From: Stegostoma tigrinum
Taxonomy: Eukaryota
Assembly (NCBI RefSeq): GCF_030684315.1
Contig: NC_081365.1
Span: 62,054,481 to 62,118,480 of the forward strand
Direction of reading: 5' to 3'
DNA: 64,000 nucleotides
Part shown: in pieces, positions 26,234 to 37,649 of the stretch
Layout of the letters: each line of letters starts with the position of its first letter
Position numbering within the stretch: position 1 is the stretch's first letter
The notes under the pieces: generated by a model
What the model saw: the letters and a program-made list of their open reading frames with translations, nothing else
The model's database searches: none
Told to the model about the DNA's origin: nothing
Made by a program: the position numbers and the translations under genes

Positions 26234-27814
26234 CACTCTCTTGCCTTGTGTAGTTCCAAGAACCTGTTGTCAGCTGTGGACTGATCCCTGGCCCACTACT
26301 GGTTTCACTCTTGCAAAGCTGCTGGATAATGCCTCAACAAAGCCCAAAGCAAGCAGTCAAAGCCCATCTCCCAGTTACATACTACTTGTTTGTTGTTCAA
26401 TGCAATGTGAGTAGACACAGCTCACATTACAAGACAGCCTGGTCCTTCAGATTGAACCATGCATCATCACCTATGCTTGTTTATGACTGTAATGTTTACT
26501 TAAGGACATGAGGTGTTCCAAAAAAAATCCAAGACTATCAGTACAAGTTTACCAAATTCTATTAGAGTCCATAGGGCTAACTTGAATTCAGCTTGCCCAG
26601 CAAATAGATGGGCAGCAGCTGCATTCAAATAGTGAGCTGGCCCAACTCTGTTCCACTCCACCTATTTATTGCAGCCTTCACTGGACAGTCTTGGCACTGG
26701 CCCAAATTATGGGATCCTGATGCAACCTTGAGGGTCAAGTAGGTGGAGTGTTGGTCATACACGTTCCCCAAATGATTGAAGAGAGAGTAGTTCAATAAAA
26801 GGTAAGTGAGAAAATTTTGCGGAAGCTGGAGAAACTGGGTTAGGTGCATGCTGAGTGCCTGTTCTACTAATTCTGAGATTATACCCTGCTGAAGAATTTT
26901 AATCCCACCACATACTAGGTATAGCTTATATTTCAGGGCATTTTGTTGATTATTCACAAATATGTATATCAGCACAAGCCATAGTGCCATTTTCATAAAG
27001 GTGAGAGGCCAATGTGTTTAAAAAGTATTGTGCTGTGACAAGTATTGTCGTTTTTTTGGAAACAGGTTTAGGTAGAATAGTGTCCTTCTTTTGTGCTCAA
27101 CTTTTGCAGCTCGTCAATTAATATGCAAAAGATACGAAAATCATAGCTTAACTGAACATATCGTGTAGAATTTACAATGGAAAATTCAATGAAATGCAGC
27201 AACAACATTATGAGAAGTTTGTCTGCCAACACAAAAGGGTTTCAGGTTTGAGGTTATTAAATAATTTTAAATTATGTTTATTTGATGACAGCAAACTAGG
27301 GAAGAACAAAGTCATTCTGTAAAAAAAGCTTGAAATGGACATGTTTCTTATGGGCTATTTTCTAGAACATTGGTAAGGAACTGAAGAATTTTCTTGTCCT
27401 CTCTGAAACAGCATCTTTTTGAAAGTCATCTTTTCTCTTGAATAAAAAGTACATGTGGGTAATTTTTAATGTTTGGAGACATCTATCCCTTAGATGTAAA
27501 CATAAAACATTTCAAACATTAGCGCAGTTGAAATGAAGATAAAAAATATTTTCCTCATATATGCCTTTCGCAATAGCTCAAAGAACTTTACACTCACTGT
27601 ACTATTTCTGAAGTGTAGTCACTGTTGTAATATAGAAAATCATTTCAGACGTTCCAGTATCAGGATTCCGACATGATTTGGCAAATCCATAAAGACTGTT
27701 ATAACTCTTTAAATGCTTCTTTGCTTTCACACATGACATACCACAAACCCATCTGAAGTTATTGGACTTGAAACATTAACTCTGCTTTGCAATACACAGA
27801 TACTACTAGACTTG

Positions 27815-29308
27815 CCTTCATTGCTCAGACCTTTGCATGTAGGAGTTGGGACATCATGTTGAGGTGAACTGGACATTGGTGAGGCCCCTACTGGAGGACT
27901 GTGTGCAGCCATTATCGCCCTGCATTAGGAATGATATTATTAAATTGGAGAGAATTCAGAAATGACTTTCCAGGATGTTGCCGGGAATGGAAGGTTTGAG
28001 TCATTCAGATAAGCTGGATAGACGGGGACCTTTTTCACTGGAGCATAAGAAATTAAAGGGTGAGCTAATTGAGGTTCATAAAATCATGAGCGGCCTAGAT
28101 AAGGTGAATAGCAAGGGTCTTTTCCCCAGGTGGGTGAGTTCAAAACTCGTGGGCATATTTTTAAGGCGAGTGGAGAAAGTTTTAAAAAGAACACAATTGG
28201 CAACTTTTTTACACAGAGTTTTTTCACTGCCAGAAGAAGTGGCTGTGGGTACAGTTGTAACGTTTAAAAGACATTTGGATAAGTACATGAATAGGAAAGG
28301 TTTGGAGGGATATGGGCCAAACACAGACAGGTGGGACTAGTTTAAATTGAGAACACAGTGTGGACTTCAGCAAGGTGTACACAACGTTTTGTATGGTTAG
28401 ACTGGTTAGCAAAGTTAGATCACGTGGAATCCAGGGAGAGCTATCCATTTGAATACAAATTTGGCTTGAAAGTAGGAAACAGAAGGTGGTGGTGGAGGAT
28501 TGTTTTTTGGACTGGAGGCCTGTGACCAGTGGCGTGCCGCAACGATTAGTGCTGGGTCCACTGCTTTTTGTCAATTATACAAATGATTTCAATGTGAATA
28601 TAGGAGGAATAGTTAGTAAGTTTGCAGATGGCACCACAAGAGGACCATTATCAGATGGGCCGGTGAGCTGGGGAGTTGCATTCCAGTAAGGAGCAAGTCA
28701 AGGCAGGACTTGTACACTTAATGATAGGGCCCTGGGGAGTGTTGCCAAGCAAAGAGAGCTTGGGGCGCAGGTTTATTGGTCCTTGAAGATGGAATCACGG
28801 GTAGTCAGTGTAATTAAAAAGGCATTTGGTACGCTTGCTATATTAGTATTTGAGTGATTTGAGTCTAGGAGTTGGGATGACATGTTGTGGCTGTGCAGGA
28901 CATTAGTTGGGCCATTTTTAGAATGCTGCATTCAATTCTGGTCTCCCTGCTATAGGTAGGATGTTTTTAAACTTGAAAGGGCGCAGAACAGATTTACAAA
29001 GATGTTACCAGGGTTAGAGTGTTTGAACTCATGGCAGACACTGAATAGGCTAGGATTATTTTCCCTGGGGCATTGGAGGCTGAGAGGTGGCTTTATTGAG
29101 GTTTATAAATCATGAAGGGCCTGGATATGGTAAACAGCCAAGAACATTTTCCGAGGGGAGGAAGTCCAAAAATAGAAGGCATAGCTTTAAGGTAAGAGGG
29201 ATAAGATTTAAAAGAAAACTAAAGGGTAAGTTTTTCATGCAGAGGGTGGTGTGTGTATGTAATGAACTCGTAGAGGAAGTGGCGGAGGCTGGTACAATTA
29301 CAACATTT
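27815..29308 (+). mobile_element. two tandem degenerate CR1 LINE fragments
   Basis: FSLEHKKLKGELIEVHKIM; WRPVTSGVPQRLVLGPLLFV...SKFAD (RT domain). Confidence 0.85.
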
Positions 29309-29309
29309 A

Positions 29310-30645
29310 GAGTCATAGAGATATACAACACAGAAACAGGCCTTTCAGTCCGACTTGTCCATGCCAAGCAGATAGACCCTGTAAGTCTAGTCTCATTTGA
29401 CAGCATTTGGCCCATATCCCTCTAAAGCCTTTCTATTCCAATTCCCATCTAGATGCCTAAATGTTGTAATTGTACCAGCCTCCACCACTTCCTCCGGCAG
29501 CTCACACCACCCTCTGTGTGAAAAAGTTGCCCCTTAGGTCCTTTTTATATCTTTCTCCTCTCACCTTAAACCTATGCTTTCTTGTTTTGTACTTCCCCAT
29601 CTTGGGGGTATGACTTTGGCTATTCACCCTGTACATGCCCCTGCTGATTTTATAAACTTCTCTAAGGTCACCCCTCAGCCTCCGACATTTCAGAGAAAAT
29701 AGCGCCAGCCTGTTCAGCCTTTCCCCATAGCTCAAACCCTCCAACCCTGGCAATGTCCTTGTGAATCTTTTCTGAACCCATTTAAGTTTGACAACATCCT
29801 TCCCATTGAAGGGAGACCAGAATTGCACACAGTATTCCAAAAGTGGCCCAGACAATGACCTGTACAGCTGCAATGTGACCACCTAACTCCTATACTCAAC
29901 ATATAGACCAACACAGGCAAGCATACAAAAGGCCGCCTTCAATATCCTATCTACCTGTGACTTCATCTTCAAGGAAGTATGAGCTGCCTTTCCAAAATGC
30001 AACACCTCACATTTATCTAAATTACAATCTGTCTGAGGCTTCTCGGTGCTTTGACCCATCTGATCCCATTGTACTCTGAGATAACATTTGTGTTGTCCAC
30101 TACACCTCCAAATTTGGTATCCATTACACACTTACTAACCATAACTCTGAGGTTCACATCCGAATAATTTATATAAATGACAAAAAGTAGTGGATCCAGC
30201 ATCGATCCTTGTGGCACACTGCTGGCCACAGGCCTCCAGTCTGAAAAGCAATGCTCCACCACTACCCTCTGCCTTTTACCTTCGAGCCAGTTCCATATCC
30301 AAATGGCTAGTTCTCCCTGTATTTCATGTGATCTAACCTTGCTAATTAGTCTACCATGAGGTACCTTGTCAAACACCTTATTGAAGTCCATATAGATCAT
30401 GTCCACCGCTCTGCCATCATCAATCGTCTTCATTACTTCCTCAAAAAACTTGATCAAGTTAGTGAGAAATGATATCCCATGCACAAAGCCATGGTGACTC
30501 ACTCTAATCAGTCCTTGCCTTTCCAAATACATGTAAATCCTGTCCCTCAGAATTCCCTCCAACAACTTACCCACCACAGATTTCAGTCTCCCTGTTCTAC
30601 AATTCCCTGGCTTTTCCATACCTTTCTTAAATAGTGGCACCATGT
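29310..30645 (-). mobile_element. CR1 LINE, RT domain to 3' end
   Basis: ORFs with YMDFNKVFDKVPHGRL, SVPQGSMLDPLLFVIYIN, LEYCVQFWSP and RRLRGDL. Confidence 0.9.
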
Positions 30646-32503
30646 TAGATAAAAGGCATCTGGATGGGTATATGAATAGAAAGGGTTTAAGAGGGATATG
30701 GCCCAAATTCTGGAAAATGGAACTAGACTAATTTAGGATATCTGGTTGGCATGGGCAATTTGGTTCAAAGGGTCTGCTTCCATGCTGTACATCCCTATGA
30801 CTCTATGTCTAGTTGGATGAAGGGTCTGTTTCCATGCTGTATGAACTGTTGAATTTCTCCAGCAGGTTTTGTTTTTATGTTACATGTAATTCCTAGTGCA
30901 AAATAAGATTTAATGCTCATGAGGTGAGCTGAAAAATATAAGAAGTAAAACCTAGCACACATGCTGCATTAATTGAAGGAATAAAATGTCAAAAATATTT
31001 AGCCTGTTTCTTTTACTTCCCTTCTGTGGCTGTGACTCTTGTTTGAGATGCAGTTCAATGAATGATGATCACCCTTTACTAACTTGCTTTTGTTCTTATG
31101 TGAATTATGACGATGGATACTAGCAGCCTCTTTAATGTGAATGGAGATATCATATATAATTCAGATCTCCTTGCCACTCAATGTCCACAAAAGTGTCATA
31201 GGATAACAATCAAGCAAAAAATTCAGCACAGACTGTCACTGAACCGTTGCATTTCTCCAGTCGACAGAAATCCATGATTTGTTAACTAAACCTACTGGGA
31301 TTGGTGTAGAATAGGTTTGTTTTGGATGGCATTGCAACATGGGTAATCATGAAAAGCAGCACATTTTATACTCCAATTAGTTTCCATTGCCACTTAAGTG
31401 AATGGGGAGTACAAAGTGGGCTGCTGATTTGGTATCACTTGTATTGAATTGTTGCCCAATTCACGATCTTGTAAAATTTAGGGAAATTTAAATGGGCAAA
31501 TGTACATCAACTCTTATTGCATTGGTAAATAGCTGTCAGGTCAATCCACTGCTTACGTATATTTACTTAAAATCTCTTGACGTATTTTCTGCGTATAACC
31601 AAATAAGAAATAACTCTTTAATACCTGAAATATAAAATGTTTGGAAAAATGCATCCTTTGAAATTGCATTATGAACATTTAAAAATTATATAGAGTTAAT
31701 CACATTAGCTGTATGAATGTGAGAAAACTACATACACTTCTGTTTCTCAGAATACAGTGTATGCACTTATAATAACAGACTTGAAGTTGTACATTAATAA
31801 GTTAAAACAAAAGTAGCATTAATTGCAATGAGCAATTAACTGAAATCTAAAATACAGCTAATATGGGTAATTTTAAAGGTAATGAATAATTTTATGAGAT
31901 AAAGCAGACAATGTAACAATGAAATGTAATGAATAGCTTCATTAATAAATGAAGTTAATGAATTAATTATGACGATTAATGAGTACATAATGAGATGCGC
32001 TTAAAATTCTGTTATGAAAGCTAGTTGCAGGTTTGTTTAACTTTAAAAGACATTTTTTGTAGCTGGCAATAATTCTCTCTGAGCTTTTGTTGTTTTAAGC
32101 CTCTGTACAGTAACGCAACCTATGAACACTGCTAGGAGCACAACTGCAGTCAATGGAGCAATGATTTGCAGTTGGCTGTAGTTTTTGGCCCAGTTGAGAA
32201 ACATAGTTACAATTAAGTAAATGTATACAATCCAACTCATGCAGATATAGCATAGTGGCTGGACCTATTAATTTACACATATGTAGACATCCGGAAAAAA
32301 TAAACAGCTGATGGGTATGATGTTGTATGCTTGAACCTGGGCAGGGCGTACAACTCTGCACCAGCTGGAGGATCAAACATTGATCCTATTATTTCTGTGT
32401 GGATCAATACTACACCATATATGTACTGTGCCATCAAAACAGTTCAAAGTCATGACTATTGTCGGAGAGCTGGATTGAAAACCAGATCCAATGTTTTCAA
32501 CCA

Positions 32504-32710
32504 GAGATAATAAGGTGTAGAGCTGGAATAACACAGCAGACCAGGCAGCATCAGAGGAGCAAGAAAGCTGATGTTTTGGGTCTGGACCCTTCTTCCAGAC
32601 CCGAAACGTCAGCTTTCATGTTCCTCTGATGTTGACTAGCCTGCTGTGTTCATCCAGCTCTACACCTTGTTATCTCAGATTCTCCAGCATCGGTTAGTTC
32701 CTACTATCTC
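32504..32710. mobile_element. fold-back PLE-terminus insertion (opposite orientation)
   Basis: Inverted arms with the full terminus on the right. Confidence 0.8.
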
Positions 32711-32809
32711 GAGGTTTTAGATCAGTATCTGACATCGTGTGCCATTGACTCTTCTCTGTTTTGGAGCTGGGCTGGAACATTAGTTACTGTTGTTACCATT
32801 ATGATGTAC

Positions 32810-32915
32810 TGGAATAGTGTAGGTTAGATGGGCTTCAGGTTGGTATGACAGGTCGGCACAACATCGAAGGCCGAAGGGCCTGTACTGTGCTGTAATGTTC
32901 TATGTTCTATGTTCT
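32810..32915 (+). mobile_element. short CR1-type 3' tail
   Basis: ggccgaagggcctgtactgtgctgtaa followed by (tgttcta)3. Confidence 0.65.
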
Positions 32916-33486
32916 AATCCTTTCTTATATGAACTGGCAAATCACTACAATGCTGAAGTAGCTGTGGTTTTCTGAGAAGGGAGCAGGTTAGACCCAAATT
33001 AATCGGGTTTTTAGTTATAATGTAAGTTTCAAACAGATTCAATTGGAAGTGTATTTTTGTACTCAATTCTATAGATGAATGCAGAATGCATCTCCAGCTG
33101 CAGGTCTGAACAGCTGTGGGAGCATATGGTTACAGCTCAATTACATTTAAAAAGATATAAAGGAAAGTGGCTGAATAGGGATAGAAAATTGTGAATAAAG
33201 TTTAAAGAAACAGCTTTTACCAAGAATGAAGAACAAAGGATCAAGTAACAGTTAAAATAAAAGGAAAGGAAATGTAAGGTTTAGGGAAAGGACAATCAAA
33301 GAATAAGAAGATCAAAATTTCACACAGTAATCAGGGCATGGGCTCACCCTTGAGCAAAAAAGCTGAAGCATAAAATTCTCATTTTTATGTTCAATTCCCA
33401 TCACAATAAAGGATGGCATCCCATTAGCCTTGAGAGATTACAAGTTGTGACTGCATATTAACTTTCTGTCACTCAAACTAGAACAC

Positions 33487-34860
33487 CTAGATCCCTCTGC
33501 ACCTTGAATTCTGCATTAATTCTCTCTTTAAATAACATTCTCCTTTTTTACTAGTTCTGCCAAAGTAAACAATTTCATATTTTCCCACATTATCCTCCAT
33601 CCGCAAGATTGTTGCCCACTGACTCAACACATCTATATTCATCTGCAACTTTCTCACATCGTCTTCACAACACACGTTTCCACATGGCTTGGTGTCACCT
33701 GTGAACTTAACTAACCAGGACACCTATGTTGTGTCTGCAAAACAGATCCTGAGCTTCTAGTTGCCTGCCACTTCCACATACCACCTCATTCATTGGCCAA
33801 CATCTCTGTTTTAGGCGTGCTGCTGCGCTCTAGCAAAGTTCAGCGCAAGCTGGAAGAACAGCACCTCATTTTCTGCTGGAGAACACGACAGCCTTCTGGA
33901 CTCAATTGTGAGTTCAACAATTTTATGGCTTGAAGCACCTTCTCCATGTCCTACCCACACAACGCCAGGCCTTGTTGTTTGCTGTTACACACAATCCATT
34001 GTTTGCCACTTATAGTCCCTATTAGCAGTTATTCATTCTCCTAGGCTGACCATTATGCATTTCTTTGGCAGTCCACCTGTTCTTGTCTCTCTTTGGACTC
34101 TATCTTCACTCGTTCTTCTGTATACTAAAAGTTACCCTAGCAACCATCAGTTCTGAAGAAGGGTCACTTGACCCAAAACTTTACTCTGATTTCTCTCCAC
34201 AGGTGCTGCCAGACTTACTGATATTTTCCGGCAATTCCTGTTTTTGTTTCTGATTTCCAGAATCTGCAGTTCTTTTGTTTATTTTAACTACCATACCTGT
34301 GCTCTCCTCATCTCAGTCGTTGATGTCAATTATACGAACACGAGGCCTTAGCACAGAGCCCAGCAGGACTCCGCTTGTCACATCCTATGATTAAACAATG
34401 ACCCATTTATACATACTCTCTAATTTCTACCAACCATGCAATCTTCTATCTATGCCAGTATTTTACTCCTTATGGCATGAACTTATATTTCCGCAATACT
34501 CTTTGATTTGGCAACTGAACAAATACCTTCTGGAAATCCACATATAACATGTTTAGAGACTCCATTTCTTCCCACGTGTATTACTTCTTCAAACAATTCC
34601 AATAAATAGTTGAAATCTTATTTCCCTTTGACTCTTCCTGATTGCTTTGAGTTTTTCGAAATACACAGCTATAATCTCATTAATAATTGATTCTAAGAAT
34701 TTCCCCACGACAGATGTCACGCTAACTGGCCTATGGTTTCTTGTTTTATGCCTTCCTCTGTTCTTGAATGGAGAGGTTATATCTGCTACTTGCCAGTCCA
34801 GCAGGAGCTTTCCTGAATCTAAGGAATTTTGGAAAATCTCTATAGGACCACTCTCACTTT
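33487..34860 (-). mobile_element. old CR1 LINE interrupted by a PLE fragment
   Basis: KFTGDTK...LQMNIDVLSQWA (33487-33720); RT-like sequence resumes at ~34290-34860. Confidence 0.65.
33735..34285 (+). mobile_element. degenerate PLE of a second family (GIY-YIG C-terminus and 3' end)
   Basis: cgcaagctggaagaacagcacctcattttc (RKLEEQHLIF) and terminal ctgaagaagggtcacttgaccc...ctgcagttc. Confidence 0.6.
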
Positions 34861-35099
34861 AGTTACTCCCATCCTTTTTTAAAATGCCTGTAGTAACTCT
34901 TCCTCTCTGTTTTTATACTGCTAACTATCTTCCTCTCATACTCTAATTCTAGCTGAAGAGGACTGTTTTACTAGGCTGGGAGACAGATCAATAAAGACAT
35001 CTTGGCAGATATTTAAAGTGTTACTTAGGTAAAGAAAAATTCTCAAGGGAGGATCCGCCATCGGTGATTAATGAAAGGAGTTAGGGAAGGTCTCAGATT

Positions 35100-35687
35100 C
35101 ATAATATCCTTTATTGTCACATGTATTCCATTGTAGAAATACAATAAAAATTTTTTACAATGTCTTCCTCTTACAGTGCCAGCTTCGGTACAAGTACCTA
35201 GGTACAAATCATGGATACAAAAGAGGAATAAAAAAAATTGCATTACTTTACAGAGTTTAAAAGTAAGATAGAAACAAGACATCGTCCAAGGATTGACATT
35301 ACAGTCAGGTAGAACATTTCAAGTAAAAATTACATTGTAGTAGCTCAGCACAGTACCATTGCAAATGGTCTGACTGCCCACACCAGACACCATTCCAATA
35401 GCCATCCCTGCTCTGCTCCAAGCCTCGAGTCCGCTCCATACCAGCACTCTGCTGCTCCAGGACTGCCTCCCATGCGCTGGTCCCTACTCGGGACTCACTG
35501 CCAGCATGCTGCTCCAGCACTTGCTGCTTGTGTAGCTCTGGGACTCGCTGCCTGCACCTGCTGCTGCTCAAGGATTCACCTCCAGGGTTAAGGGAAGTGA
35601 AAAAGAGAGAATAAAAGAAAAAGAACGAAAAAAAACAGGTGGAGCAGAGGATCTCCAGCAGGAGCATCTTACTCTGCTGCCATCTTG
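35100..35687 (-). mobile_element. possible non-autonomous LINE-derived element
   Basis: Minus strand starts aagatggcagcag and ends gtgacaataaa; internal GC-rich gctgctccag repeats. Confidence 0.35.
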
Positions 35688-36136
35688 TTTGCCTTCTGCA
35701 TCAAATAGAATGTAAAAACAGATAGCCAGAGTTTCTACTGGCAATTAAAAAAGGAAAGGTGTAAATAAAATGATTGTTGGTCCTCTAGAGATTGCAGACC
35801 ATTACATTATTGAAGATGGGTTGTTTGTGGAATCTTATCTTTCTCCTGTTAATTGTGCATTACTATCATGACAGGAAGTTGCAGGACTGCTGAGCTTTGA
35901 CCTGATCACTTTGCCCTGTCTTTCATCTTTTGCTATTTTGGATGTAATTAGTCCTACTGTAGTATAATCAGGTTGACACCTCATTTGTAAAAATGCCTGG
36001 CATTGCTCTTGGAATGCTGTGTAAGAACATTGATGATGTTGATGCTAATCATGCAGTGATGAATATACTGGTCATGAGATTATAGCTTGTAGTTGAATAC
36101 AATTCTGTTCCTGATGAACCACAGCACTTTATGGAT

Positions 36137-36352
36137 GAGATAATGGGAACTGCAGATGCTGGAGAATTCCAAGACAACAAAATGTGAGGCTGGATGAACA
36201 CAGCAGGCCAAGCAGCATCTCAGGAGCACAAAAGCTGATGTTTCGGGCCTAGAGCTCTCTGATGAAGGGTCTAGGCCCGAAACGTCAGCTTTTGTGCTCC
36301 TGACATGCTGCTTGGCCTGCTGTGTTCATCCAGCCTCACATTTTGTTGTCTT
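36137..36352. mobile_element. fold-back PLE-terminus insertion with 13-bp TSD
   Basis: ~80-bp inverted arms; gcactttatggat at 36124-36136 and 36353-36365. Confidence 0.85.
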
Positions 36353-37649
36353 GCACTTTATGGATGGCTAGTTCAGAGTTGCTAAATGTGTTTTAGTTAG
36401 CATGGTGGGAATGTCATGCAATTTGTTAGAGGATATCCTCAATGTGAACATGGGACTTAGTCTTTGTAAGGGCAGTGCAGTTGTAATACCTGGACGCATC
36501 TGAGACAACTAGATTAGTGAGTGTGCTGGGAAGTGGCTTTTCCCATTATTCTTTCTCTCAACAAACCCCCATAGGCCGAACTAGCAGATAAACTTTTCAG
36601 GCCTTGGCTTGTTTGATCAGTGGTCACAGCACCAACCCACTCATGATGATAGACATTGAATTAATCCATAGTGCCTTTACTTCCATATACTTCTTTCACG
36701 TGGCTTTCTGATATGGCTGAACATTGATCCATTAGCTGAAGGAGGGTATTGAGGAAGGATGTTTGCTTACTTCTGTTCGACCTGATACCACCAGAATTCA
36801 TGGGGCTCAAACCATTACCTCTTCTTGCCAGTACATCACTGTGTCGCCACTGTTGGTGGACAGGACATCGCCAGGGATCACGCTGTAAGAAGCTAGGGCT
36901 TTGATTGTAATGTATGATTCAGTATGATATCAGGTTATTGCTCGACTAATCTATGCAACACCTTTCCCAATTTTGGCACAAGTCCTTTTATATTAATGAG
37001 GATAACTTGCAGAATCTAACATTGTCATTTCCACTGACTGGGTTGATGCTAGGGGGTCTGCCTGGCTTTTATTCTTGGACTCTTCTTTCACAGTTTAATG
37101 TATTGAGTGGCAGAGGGCAATTAGGAGTCAGTCATGTTGCTGGAGTCACAGGTAGGCCAGGTCAGGTAAGGATGGCAATATTTTCCCCCAGAAAGATAGA
37201 TGTGGATAAGATAGACATTCATGACAATCTGGTAGCTTTATAATGATCACTTGGCAAATAGGGTTAATGGGAGTCTGAAGAGATTCTACAAATACATTAA
37301 GGGCAAAAAAGTAACTCGAGAGAGAATAGGGCCCCTTAAAGATTAACAAAGTTGTTAATATGTGAAATCGCTGGATGTGGGTGTCAATATTTACTGTGGA
37401 GAAGGATATGGAAGCTAAAGAATATGGAGGAATAAACAATGATATCCTGAAAAGTGTCCATATTACAGAGGAGGAGGTTCAGGACATCTTAAAATGCATA
37501 TTGGTGGATAAATCCCTAGCAACTGATCAGGTATATTCCAGACAGCAACTTAGTTGGTTTTCAAAAACCAACCTATAATAACTGTTGCTCATCTTCATCT
37601 ATAGATGACCACTGAAAATGACTGTTGTCATTAGGTATTTGATAAACTC

